Source: Phoronis australis (Eukaryota; Animalia; Phoronida). From it: 64,000 nt of DNA. Under the pieces are notes generated by a model. The model saw nothing but the letters and a program-made list of their open reading frames with translations. It ran no database searches and was not told the DNA's origin. Position 1 is the stretch's first letter. Each line of letters starts with the position of its first letter. The position numbers and the translations under genes were made by a program. The stretch is taken from the NCBI GenBank assembly GCA_002633005.1, contig NMRA01000431.1, positions 273,708 to 337,707 of the forward strand, given 5' to 3'. Shown here one piece after another: positions 52,040-64,000 of this stretch.

Positions 52040-52856
52040 CAGCCTCGTCCCCAAGCCTCAAGATAGTGCTCATCGGTTTAGCCATTTGAGGCTTGGTGAA
52101 GAGAAATTTACTTGGCATGATTCTGACTTGTTTTTACGGAAATTGCAAGAATATCACCAGTCATATTAAGTCATATCAAAACTCTTGAAACTTGCCGTAG
52201 TATAATACAAAAAATCACAATGAGCGGTATTTTTGCTACAATTTAGGTTTATAAAGATATTATATTTCAATTCAAAAGCAGGATAATTTCTTTGGGGCTT
52301 TCTACAAATAGAATTGACATTATGTATGTGAACACCTTTTATTTCAACCAGTAACCAAATGATGTCTTCTGATTCATGGTCACGAATAGTAGCAACAGCA
52401 ACACATGTGGAAATAGGTAAAATATGCCTTCGTATCTGGTTTAGTTTTTGAAAAATATACTCATCACATTTATTAAAGACGTAAGGACAAGAATATTCAA
52501 GAACTGTTATTAAAGTATTTAAAGATTTAAGTGTCTGAAAGTATCTTGTGTCGCTCTTGTCAATGGACGGCGAACGTCGTAGTTATTGTCAATTCTGTTC
52601 TATTGAAAGCACCGTAGAAAATATCCTGCTTTTGAATTAATTTTTGTCAGTGACATAAATCTCAATTGCTGCATAAATACCGCCTATTTTGACTTTTTGT
52701 ATTATACTAGAGCAAATTTCAGAGGTGATATAATCACTCGTGATATTTCGGCGATTTCAGTAAAAATGTGTCAGAATTCTGACAAGTAAAAACTCCTCAC
52801 CAAGCCTCAAATGGCTAAACCGATCAGCGCTTTCTTGAGGCTTGGGGACAAGGCTA
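52040..52856. mobile_element. Foldback element with long (about 280 bp) imperfect TIRs, Academ-like ends
   Basis: AGCCTCGTCCCCAAGCCTCAAGA... versus ...TCTTGAGGCTTGGGGACAAGGCTA. Inverted match continues to AATTCAAAAGCAGGAT / ATCCTGCTTTTGAATT. TSD not clear. Confidence 0.75.
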
Positions 52857-54310
52857 TGATGTTCAAAGGTATGTATTTCGACTGCTCTGCACGTTTTTGA
52901 AATTTTATAATTGTACTTTAATCAGAGTAAAAATTCAGCATGAATGAGAGTGCAATTATGCTATCGGTATACTAGTTTAGGACCTCATAAGACAGAGATC
53001 GTGTAACTTCGCACTATAGTTTACATAACAGCCACAGGCTTCGCATACCAAAGTCAGCCATTACACGAATGCTCAAAACAAAAAACAGCACAGCTGTTCA
53101 GCATGGTAGTGAGCTATTCTAAGTCATATCCCTGGGTTGTATAAGGTCTGTGTTTTATTAAATATGTGATCTGACATGAATTTGCTGTTTGTTTATTATT
53201 CTAATTTGGGTTTTAATTATTTCAAATGGATCTGCTCCAGCGTTGGTCATGTACTCTTATGATTTGTTTACTTTCTTGAGACTGAACTGTCCCCAGGAAT
53301 CTATCCACACACGTTCTTAACAGGATGACACAGTGTTCACAGAAACATCCCAGAGCCAAATAACCATTTACTAAGATTGCAACATTGTGATGAATTTCGT
53401 ATGATTTCCATTAGTTGAACTTAGTGAATCACTAAAACAATCTTAACAAATGTTGGGATTGTTTTCGTGAGTCACTTACTAGTTCAGTTGCACTACATTA
53501 CTGTCCTGGTGATATCCACATCAAACAGTCCATTTAAAAATGGTATCAACAACCATGTTTTGTACTGGACTTAAGAAAGCAAAAATAGTTCTGTACAGAA
53601 CTGACAATGACCTTGATCACATTTCATTTGTTTTAGGCCAAAACAGAAGCTCCACCTTATCTACTTAGGCGCTAATTTTAAAGTTCGTGACAATGACTTT
53701 TTTATAACGTGGATGTGCTACACAGTTAAAGCTTTGTTGAGCAAGCTGTTGCACAGTTGCGTACAATTTACTTTCAAAAATTTCTTGAAACGGTACATGT
53801 TACCACTTGGAATGGGCAACTTAAAAAACTCCGGAAGTTAGTCCATGTCATCCAAACTTTGATCTCTGATTAGATCAGCACGTAGGTTCACAAGCCCAGC
53901 ACGTACAAGTACAGTAGTTATCCACTGATTCTGTGTTTTACACTGGAATACTGGTACTCAAAATTTTGAAAACTTCTTCTAAGTCTCCGTGTTGCTCGCT
54001 CCAAATGGATTCTTACTGTGGAAATGCGCCATGTTTTTCAGTTGTCAGATCTTTTTTACTAAGGTGTGACTTGCCTTTGGTGAAAGCTGCTATGTTTAAC
54101 TTAACTCGTCTTGGAAACATGAGTTCATCAATAGTATAACCTCTATCTACCATAACTTTGTCTTTGGGTAAAAGCCGGGTATTTCAGAAATTCAGATTTT
54201 TGAACAATGTATTTGTCAAAACCCCTGCCCCCCAAATGCTTTAGATACGTACATGGTGTACCCATTTTTGGTGCATTGCAACCATATACTTTGCAGTATT
54301 GTGTGATTTG

Positions 54311-55219
54311 CAGTGGCGGATCTAGGATATCACAAGGGGGGGGGGCCAACTTTTTGTCCGGCTGTAAGCATTTGCGCAAACTGAACCACGATTGTAGATG
54401 CGCATAGCACGCGCAAACCCCCCTCCCGCTCATTAAATTTTTCTGTTTTTACCTCTAAAAATCCAGCATTTTCCTTGATTCCTGAAGTATTTTCCAAGAA
54501 AAAAAGGGAAGAAAAACAAACACGAAGAACGTGTCAAACAGGAAAAATTGAGCGCACCAAAGACTCGACCTCACGACCTGGTGCATAAAGAGCGCGTGTG
54601 TTACCACTACACCACGACGATTCAACTACCCATCTCATACTAAAAGACCTACTTGTTTATGGTTTACAGCGTTTGCGCGCGAAACCTACTTCTTTTCGTA
54701 ATGCTATACGTTTTATATTTTGTGCCATCAATTCTTAACAAATTTGTCGTATTTAAAATAGTCTTCAAATGCCCAAAAGACCAAATCCGTTTTTCGTGTT
54801 GGCAATAATGACGGGATTGCTTTGGAAATCGTCTTAATAAGGTTTGACAAAGAGAGTATTGCGAGTTTCTGAGTGATTCACTAAGGCTTCGATTAAAATT
54901 CACATCTTACCAGCAGCTTCTGTTTTTTCATCGTCACTCAGGTTCCATACTCTGAAGTAAATTTTCTTCATTGCACAGTGGAGCAGACGACGAAAACGGA
55001 GTCGTAGTGCGCAGCGTCACTGCCGGTCGCCTGGGATATCGCGGGAGTACGAATGCGCCGTGTTCTGAATTTGACACTTGAAATTGGGTTTGAGCCCCTC
55101 CCCCGCAAACACTAAAACTGCACACATTTAAATTTTTTTTCATCCGTATAATTTTAATTACCGGGGTTAATTAATAAACTCACAATTTCCCTACGTTATT
55201 ACTGTTTTATTTTTTTGCT
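54311..55219 (+). mobile_element. hAT-like repeat with tRNA-like module, copy lacking the right TIR
   Basis: Colinear with 61624-62579 over about 900 bp. Starts CAGTGGCGGATCTAGG. Confidence 0.85.
54551..54620 (-). pseudogene. tRNA-derived module (A and B boxes)
   Basis: GTGGTGTAGTGGTAACAC...GGTCGTGAGGTCGAGTC followed by T-rich sequence. Confidence 0.6.
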
Positions 55220-55458
55220 TGTTTTACAGACAGGCTGTACGGACTCCAGTGTTTAGTCTAGCATGCCTGTAATGGCGTGACCTCAATATGGCGCTCCCCA
55301 GGAATTCGGCAGTTTCCGTAATGGAATCTGTCTATAGACAACAGACTCGCAACTCCGACATTTTCTTGCGTGCTTTCCTAGAGGAGGCACCACTCTCCTA
55401 AATTATCTTTTTCAGTTTCCTGTTAGTGTATTGTGACGACACAACAGCCGACCATGAT

Positions 55459-56460
55459 CACAAGCGCTTGAGTTTATATGTGGCTCGGTCATCATTGACG
55501 TCACTCACTACTAAGAAAACATAAAGGTTGGACACTCAAAATCTGTTTGCACAGAATTTTCTACTCAAATGTGCATGGAACTCCGCGAAACTAGCATCAA
55601 ACAAATCTTTGAATACATTCTTCCATTTGATCTCTTCAAATTGCCTTCGAGTGGTGATTTGACGACAAAAATGTCAAAAAACGCCAAATTAAAAAATTCA
55701 AGGGATTTATTTTGTGACGTAAGACGTTCATGGCAGACGATCTTGGAGCATCCGGGTTCTGTTTTCGCGCGCCCACGAATGTTATTTGAGTGCCTTCCAC
55801 ATAATTTAGTATCAGTTTGAATGTAATTAAACTCTGATTATACAAAACAACATTTTTATATCCGTGGTACCACGGGTTGCTGGCTTCTTACGCTGGCCTA
55901 CTGCGAAATCCACATTTACCGATGGTGATTTACCGCGACTAAACGTGTTGTCAGACATCTGAAATGTCCGCCAAAAACCGAGTGTTCGTTGTGCTTGAAC
56001 AAAGAGTAGCACATAATGTCAAGATCAAACACAGGATACGCCGGTGCTTGCAATTAAATTCTAGGTTAAGGGTTAAAATGAGCTATAAGAAGTAACAAAT
56101 TACACCTAAGTGGAAGTTTATTTTTAAGTACTCCAATCATTGAAATTGGGTATAAATTTTTTGACTTTGACATAGGGGTTGCTTGCCCAAACTCGAAATT
56201 TTATCTTCGACAGGCGTACAAGTTAAACTGAAATCCGAGATGTTAATTATTTTAGGTCCTTGAATTCAGAGTTTTGAAAATTTCGTCGCCAATTCACCAC
56301 TAACAGGGATAATTTAATGGGATCAAGGAAAGGTAAGGCTTCGAAGGTTTATGCAATACTAGTCTGAGGGAGATGCATGGAGATTTTATTTGGATTTGGG
56401 ACAGTTGAAGTATGTTTCTTATATATAGTTATTAGCCATCGGGAAATTTGAGCGCCTGTG
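55459..56460. mobile_element. 8-bp-TSD TIR element, copy 2 (opposite orientation to 16140-18498)
   Basis: CACAAGCGCTT...AGCGCCTGTG; TSD ACCATGAT at 55451-55458 and 56461-56468. Arms homologous to copy 1. Confidence 0.85.
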
Positions 56461-59400
56461 ACCATGATTAGCAGACGACGTACACGCCGGAAATAAAACC
56501 TACTAATGTGGCCAGGTGTCGCAGGTGAATAATGACGTCATTGCTTCTGTAAGATCACAGATTTCGCCCATTGAAAGTATACGAAGTTGGCGGTCCATGA
56601 AGGCTACTATAGTCTATGCTCCAACTGAAGCACATGCGCCTAGATGTGCGAGACAATTATTCTCCGAAAAACCCTGCGTTATTTCGAACAGGCACGTGTG
56701 CTTAAATACAGGGATATGTGGTAATACAAAACGTATAAATACTATGTGTATGTTAAACTACAAGTGTTTTTATGTGGGTGTGTTATTAGCTGAGGTTGAT
56801 GCACCGTGTGAGTATATTCACGAGGCCGAACCACATGTAAGTATACTTAACTGTCATTTGACGAGAGCACCAAAAGGTTGACTCTAGGATCACCCACTCG
56901 TATCTTGAAATAAAATTGTGTGTTCATACGTCTTGGTGAGATATGTTCAAAACGTTTATTTGAAAATTTTCGGGCCATCATTTTTTTAAGATAGAGCATC
57001 ATGAATATTTTAGCCCATTTTTATTTCAAAAAGTTTATTGAAATTGTTTTAAAACGATTTAAAAGTACGGGGAAGAAAAATATTTACAAAGTTTATGTAG
57101 ACACTGAACCTTTCTATCAAAAGACAGTCTTCTCATTTTTAAAGGAGTTTCCATTAACTTTCACTGGAGCGTCAAAATTCGACAAATTTTGCCCAGTTTT
57201 GTGTATTTGATGTTTAGCCATTTTTGAGGTGCTCTGGGGGATCCGTTTGCGGGGTGCTGGTGATTTCCAATATTTTCCATTAGTTTGCTTTCTGACTAAG
57301 AAAATTGCTTTTTTGTTTATTTTCAAGCAACAGCCATCTCGTATTTTACAGTGCCTGATTACTTGCAGTATGCAATTATATCTCGTAAACCTCATAAAAG
57401 GGGTTCATTAATATTTCCTAAAATGTTTCTATGGTGATCAAATCAGTCGACGTCAATTTTTAGATAATTCTTATATACTGTTGACCACCTGATGGCAGCT
57501 TTTATAACTAGATTTCTTTGGTGAAATTTCAAGGTATTTGTCTAAAACGTTTCTATCGTGAAAACAATGACACATGCATGTTTGAAACGACATTTCGATA
57601 TTAATCTAACATTCTGTTTTCTGTCTACTATTGTACCTGAGGATGACTTTGATTACTGTCGAAACATTGTTTACATGCTGCACTCTAGCGTAACTTGTTT
57701 TCCACTTCTTATTTCTAATTTGGCCAAAAACTCATGTTCTTTCATGCATGTTTCCCGTCGGTTATCCATGCATCTTCAAAATGGCGCCATTCAAGATCAT
57801 TTTCTGCAATACCACGCACGTAAAATCACCCGTCAAGAAATTGTGGTGAATGTATTAGAGTCCCTTTTAATTGCTTTTGAGAAGCCTGTTTTGAATGAGC
57901 AGCAAACGGTCGCGCCGCACGTTACACTTGTTTGCGTGACTTTCCTGTTACCCCAATTCATTAGTCATTCTTTGCAGTATTTCACACCCGCCGTGTCTCA
58001 CTGTGTGTGTCGTCAGCTTGTACTCTGTGGTGGCATTACTGCGTCATTTTATCTTCACTTGAGAATGAAACAAGTATGTTTCGAAATATCGTGTGTCTTT
58101 TAATTATGTCGCTAGGTCAGTTACTGTATCTATGTTCAGTTGAGAGTAGAGTTTTGTTCCGAAAGTATGAACGCAACTGTGAACAATGAAAAGTGTCGTG
58201 CATTTAACAAATTCTGTATAACAGAAAACTTGCTCCCGAAGTACAGCCATTGAAATAAATAGAACATTCATAATAGTTATGACACAAACTCCAGAAAACT
58301 TTACAAAATAGCTTTTTTGTAGCAGCGTGTCTGCAAATGTATTATAGTTAAGTCCTCACCGATGACAATGTAGCCGGTTGAACATGCCTTTCGTTTCACC
58401 AAAAGCCGCCATGTTGTCCAAGAGCGCTTTAACCAATCTGCGTGATTAAATTCTGGTGTAAACTCTTGCATTATACGAAATGGTAGGTAAAGATATGTGT
58501 CACTAAATTTTACTGTTAGAATATTTGTGAAAATAATGTTTAAGCACTTTTAAACTCGTAACCCATGCTGCTGAAATCCAAGATGGCCAACCCGGTCAAA
58601 AAGTACTGAGTCAAAATTTGACACATAAATAGTGATGACGTTTGAACACACTATATGCTCTTGATAATTTTTTGTGTTTCAAACATCGGCGCCTTTACTG
58701 CGATGTAGGATTTTGTCTTCAAAGGGAAAAATAATTTTCGGTTCGTCTGCTTCACTAGATTTGCACCCTTAATTCAAATGAAATGTTTATATTGAATTAA
58801 AGCTAAATCGCATCAAAATAGTGCACGAATCGGAATATTTCTTAAATGTAATTATGTTACAAAACATATTCATTTAAAAAGTGTAGAATATGCAATATTG
58901 AGCTATTTTTCAGAACAAAAATGAAAAAAGCCCATTTGAGAGATTTCGTAAATTTGTTCAAACATCTAAGATCTATCCATAAACATATCTTTCGATGTTA
59001 ATATCCCGGCAAAGTGGCTTGTTGAAGCACTTGAGTGACACCCTTTTTCAACACCCCAAAAAGTGCCTCCGTATTTATCTCCCTTTTCACGTTAATCAAT
59101 CCAGCGAAATTATTCGTATCAATTTTAATTTGTAATCCTTACGTCCCACTTCCTGATCCCATTATGTTTTTTCTCACATTGCATGCTGTCTACCTGTTTT
59201 CAGTATGCAAAAACGTGAAATTTTGTTCGAGAAAATTTGAAGGGCCATATGTAAAAATTTAAGACGTCAATAAGTGCCTAATTAGTGATTTTTGTATCAG
59301 AGCCACACCAGGATCATGGAACTTAAGCTGAATATGAAAGATGACCCTGAGTGTGATTTTTTGATTTCTTTTGATTTTCTCGTGGAATGGCTCTTAAGCT

Positions 59401-59558
59401 CTAACCCCATTTCTTCACTGAGTCTTAAGCTCTTCCTCTTTGGCCAATACCCTTAGTACAACGACACTGAAAATCCAGCTTCCTTTTTCATGGAGTGGCA
59501 GATGAGCAGACGATATTTGAGATCGTATTCTAAACACTTGTTTCCCTGTTTTTTTCAG

Positions 59559-59784
59559 CAGAGAATCATACGTTAGTGAAGTGGAAATTTGTAAAGGCGA
59601 CGATAAAAATGTATTCGAGGAAAAGTATTTGGAGCCAGCGAAAATCCCTCTCGAAGAACCCCACACGGTTCACCTTCACCTGACCTATGACAAGGCCACT
59701 GATGCGATATGTTCATGTAAAGCTGGGCATGTACCTTTAATTCGTAATTATGTGTACGATGCAACAGAGTTCAGTATATTTTGA
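59559..59784 (+). pseudogene. Truncated SWIM zinc-finger-like fragment, probably transposon-derived
   Basis: PHTVHLHLTYDKATDAICSCKAG resembles the first half of SWIM (A-x-C-S-C-x-A-G), but the CxH half is missing. Preceded by a strong acceptor. Confidence 0.4.
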
Positions 59785-60767
59785 ACAAAATCAGTGAAGA
59801 TTCACCGATATTTTTATTTTGCTGTCTGCTAAATTCCGCCAAATGAAAAGTAGGTCATAAGACGAGATTCTCCGAGTAACGTAGGTCGAGTCGATAGCAG
59901 TGTTTATGCTTTCCTAATCTTCGATCGAAATATTTTGATTAAAAAACTCAGGTACACACTCATCTTGTCCTAGGCAAGCAGGCAGCTGCGGTAGATCTGG
60001 GGCTGTAGCCAAATCAATTTAAAGCACGGAATTGGCCGTAATTGTATCATTAAGACGTTCAAGTCAGGCCTACCTTCTGATGAACTTCACAATATTTGTA
60101 TTTTCATTGCATAAAGTTAGCTTTCAGTTAATTTTTAACATAGCGTGATCACTTAGATGTGGTATGATTGCAAAAGATGACAAATCTTGTGTAAGTATAA
60201 AAATAACTCAAATTCTTGTTTAAAGCTTCATAAATCTAAGTATCATGTTAGAACAACCGAGCTCTCTCTAATTCTACAGGCGAAGTGTAAACTAGAGGTT
60301 CTCAGCAAAAAGTAACTTAACTGTTTATTTCTAGGTGACTATATTTCGAACAAGGCTTTAAGTTCAATAAGGCAGTACCCTTCCTGTGCCTACCGAATCT
60401 GTCAATTTTGGATAGAAGTTCAGTTGGACGCCAGATCACGGGTACATGAATAACAAAAAATGCACCTCACTTTTCCTACGAAACAAAACAATGTCCACTC
60501 GGACGAAATACGTGAAAATAATTAACATGTCCTTAAAAACAACAATTTTTCGTGAATGCCGCTAGGGCTTGTGCTGGGATTCAGCAGATGCCGAGACAAA
60601 GGCGGCCTAAGGACTGAAAATCAGATAGGCCTACACTATAGCCACCATACTGAAAAATACGTATCTTGAACAAAAATATTTGTGTTTGCCCTTTGAGTAA
60701 TATAGCAACATTGCCAAGTTCATCCGCTAGTGTGGCCGTCCACACAGTTTGATCAATGAGCTATAGC

Positions 60768-60799
60768 TCAAACCAATGAGCTATAGCTCATTGGTTTGA
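60768..60799. repeat. Perfect 32-bp palindrome
   Basis: TCAAACCAATGAGCTA|TAGCTCATTGGTTTGA, with a partial duplicate at 60754-60770. Confidence 0.95.
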
Positions 60800-61623
60800 T
60801 TCATCGTTTACACACGCACTTTTCGGATTAGGAAATGCCCGAAAAGTGACGGGATATTCTTCTCGATCCATCTGCATACTGACTGTCGGAATTACACACA
60901 CCATATCAACACCGTTTCACCATTCTTATCGCACAATTTCTTGAGCTATTGACTAAAATAAGCTTTACCCGACAACGTGTTGCTTGTCGGGTAAAATGGT
61001 GGCTTGGAAATGCAGACGAAAGAGCGTCAAGAAAGCTGCATTTTGATTGGCCAGTGAAGCCGTCAGTCAAAATCTTGGCGACAGGTCAAGTACCAAATGC
61101 TCTCCAGCGTATTACGTTTGTTTAGTTTTTTGAAATTTATACTAAAAGTAAATTCATGTAATCTGTTCAGCTTAAAGGCCAAGTATGGTGCCAAAATGAC
61201 TATTTTTACATCTAAAATACATTTATTGATGAAAAACATCAAAATACTGTGTCAAAGCATACCCCAGTCGTTAATTTAGTAAGCCTTCGACAATACAGTA
61301 GCCCCATCACGAACCCCATTTAGCGCCAAAACAAATTTGAGACGGCGCTTGCACTAATCAAAGTCTATGACATCATCCTTACAACGAATTAAAATTTGGC
61401 TTTCACCGTGTCTCCAGAGTATTGGAATCAGAGCTGACTGGCCATTTAATTTAGTGCAAAATACGTGGAAAATCAAGGAAACACATTAATTTTTCATTTC
61501 ATGTCACTTAATATTAAAATTAATCAAAATCACTACCTTTAGAATTTTTATTCAATTATTTAGCACACATTTTAATACGGGCCCGTATGAGAATCCCGGG
61601 GGTGTGACTGGTGCCGTCGAAAT

Positions 61624-62579
61624 CAGTGGCGGATCTAGGATATCACAAGGGGGGCCAACATTTTGTCTGTAAACATTTGCGCAAAAGCACCGAATGGGGA
61701 GGTCGGGAGGGGGTTTGCCCCGCCAGGAATTTTTTCTGTTTTTTTCCTCTAAAAATCAAGCATTTTCCTTGATTTTTAAAGTATTATCCAAAAAAGGGCA
61801 AAGAAAAAAAACGGAGAACGTGTCAAACTTGAAAAACTACCACAAACTCGAACTCACGACCTGGTGATTACAGCGCACGTGCTTTACCACTGCACCAGCA
61901 CGATTTCGCTACTGGTCTGAGTCTAAGAGACCTACTTGTTTATGGTTCACAGCGTTTGCGCGCGAAACCTACTTCTTTTTGTAATGCTTATTACACTTTT
62001 TATATTCTGGGCAATCAGTTCGTAACAAATTTGTTGTATTTAAAATAGTCTTCAATTGCCCAAAAGACCAAATCCGTTTTTTGTGTTGGCATTAATGACG
62101 CGATTGCTTTGGAAATCGTCTTAAGTTAAGGTTTGACAAAGAGAGAATTATGAATTTCCGAGTGATTCACTCAGGCTTCAACTAAAATTCACATCTTACC
62201 AACAGCTTCTGTTTTTCATCGTCACTCAAATTTCATTTTCTTTAGAAAATGAAGTAAAATTTTCTTCATTTCACAGTGAAGCAGACGACGGAAACGGAGC
62301 CGTAGTGCGCAGTGCCACTGTGTGTCGTCTGGGATATCGCGGAAGAGCCTATACATGTACTTAGCCATAGTTCCGTTACGATTGCGCCGTGTTCTGAATT
62401 TGACATTTGAAATTGGATCTGAGTCCCCCCGCCCTAAAACTGCACACATTTAAATCTTGTTTCAGCCGTATAATGTTAATTAATAAACTCAACATTTCCC
62501 TACGCTCTTGCTGTTTTATTTTTTGCTGCAGCCAAGGGGAGGGGCTGGGCCCCCTGCCACCCCCCTAAATCCGCCTATG
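61624..62579 (+). mobile_element. hAT-like repeat with tRNA-like module, full copy
   Basis: TIR CAGTGGCGGATCTAGG / CCTAAATCCGCCTATG. Flanks GAAAT / GAAAC (near 5-bp TSD). Confidence 0.85.
61836..61902 (-). pseudogene. tRNA-derived module (A and B boxes)
   Basis: GCTGGTGCAGTGGTAAAGC...GGTCGTGAGTTCGAGT then GGTAGTTTTT. Confidence 0.65.
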
Positions 62580-63312
62580 GAAACAGCCGGAAAAACAAAA
62601 CACTTCGTCTGAATTGTTATCAGCAATTTCACAATGTTTATTATAAAGTGTAATTTGTTTGATACAAAAACTTTGATGTTAGTAACTTTCCATTCATGTC
62701 TTTTTGAAGCCGAAGGTGTGAACGCTGCGTAATTCCAATACGGACGGCTGTCGAGTGTGTCCTGTACGGGTATAGACGACAACAGGCCATTTAATTTGGT
62801 GCACAATACTTGGAAACGTTACAGCACATATCAGCATGATCTTTTCGTACAATGCAATTATATTCAAATTCATTGAAAGTTTTATATTAGAAACTCAATT
62901 TTCAAAATAAGTCGCCTTTAAATACTGCAACCCGGCCGTAATCGCAGCCATTTTGACTCTGAAAAGCTCAAAAAGAATGGAAAATTTAATAGCAACACAA
63001 CATTGTGCGTGTCTGTAATGAATTAAAACTACGAAATAAAGTCTTATTGCATGAAAACATACCCAATCATAAGAATTTGTAATCAATTGAACGTTTTAAA
63101 TTTAGTATCAGAATTCCGTTAAGCCTATGGGAACGACCCAAATCAGACAGAATATTCCGGATTTGGGCCGGATTCCCTATACTCTGGGCCGGAAACAGTG
63201 ACACGAAACGTCGGAATGCACACTGCAGATTTTTTGTAGCCAACCAGCTACCTGTTTGAGGACTATCGCCAAAGTACAGCTGGGTAACACTGTGACTTGA
63301 GCTCTGTTAAAC

Positions 63313-64000
63313 CATAGACTATAGACTGTAGTCTATCACGAAATTTCATACTGACCCGTGACCGGGTATGAGTTGTGTTAGTCAACTCGATCGTCATGAA
63401 ACTTATAGTCCGGATGCAGAATGGTGAATGTTGGCCAATTCCCCTTTTGTCCACTGACGTCACAAGCATACTGGCGCCCCCCAGTGGAGGCCCTGAGAAC
63501 TCGTAAACAAGCATGTTGGCGACTGTGGTTAAAGTATTTTTTATGATTTTTCCAGAGTCGCTATGTTTTAGTGTGTTTTTTAAATAATGTTGCATGTCAT
63601 ACTTCTCAGAAAATCAATATTGTTCCAATAAATTAAGAACATTGGGTGCAACACGATCCAACTGTTCTTCTGTGTTACACACGCCGGCAAAGCCAAAGTT
63701 TTATCCCCACGCGAAATAGCCTCGTTTACGCTCGACTAAAAAGGAATCTTTCAATCATAATTAATTGGTACTATACACCATTCATTATTATATACCATGC
63801 ATTATGTTTTTAGAAAAAAGCGATACTCAACGTCCCACAATAAATACAAGTCTGTTCGCCAGCTTGGCTCGGCTAGGCTGGATACTACCGGGTTCATGAA
63901 CTCGGTTTATTTACGAGTTCTCAGGGCCTCCACTGGGGGCGCCAGTATGCTTGTGACGTCAGTGGACAAAAGGGGAATTGGCCAACATTCACCATTCTGC
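63313..64000. mobile_element. Young long-TIR element running off the window end (CATAGACT start, P-like, unassigned)
   Basis: 63416-63507 is the reverse complement of 63910-64000 with one indel. The left terminus position is inferred. Confidence 0.7.

Noticed and set aside
57558-58103. 181-aa ORF
   Set aside because: GTG start, no recognisable motif, no convincing splice context; probably chance or repeat-derived.
61836-61902. Functional tRNA gene (also 54551-54620)
   Set aside because: Acceptor and T stems do not pair well, the anticodon regions differ between copies, and both lie inside a repeat.

Overview
AT-rich eukaryotic (invertebrate animal-like) genomic DNA with spliced genes, many transposon derivatives and one assembly gap (N 16952-17764). 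Main content: (1) a complete acetylcholinesterase-type gene on the minus strand (coding exons 26457-24944, 24672-24497, 23274-23186; about 592 aa, intact catalytic triad, Cys plus hydrophobic GPI-type tail); (2) a head-to-head pair of paralogous, unrecognised genes (A on minus, about 10746-4742; B on plus, 12508-19858) sharing two motif blocks (PLFxVxLYxK...V[ST]WxL and HxxFxxPWD...VK...KFF); (3) non-autonomous DNA transposons: two TTAA-flanked Kolobok-type copies with THAP and KolX-like remnants, two copies of an 8-bp-TSD CACAG/CACAA-ended element (one carrying a nested hairpin-ended foldback around the gap), several 5-bp-TSD GC-rich MITEs, a two-copy repeat carrying a tRNA-like module, a Harbinger-like relic abutting the AChE stop codon, and long-TIR foldbacks; (4) mini- and microsatellites. 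No CRISPR array, rRNA or intact tRNA was seen. All family assignments are by eye, with no database search.
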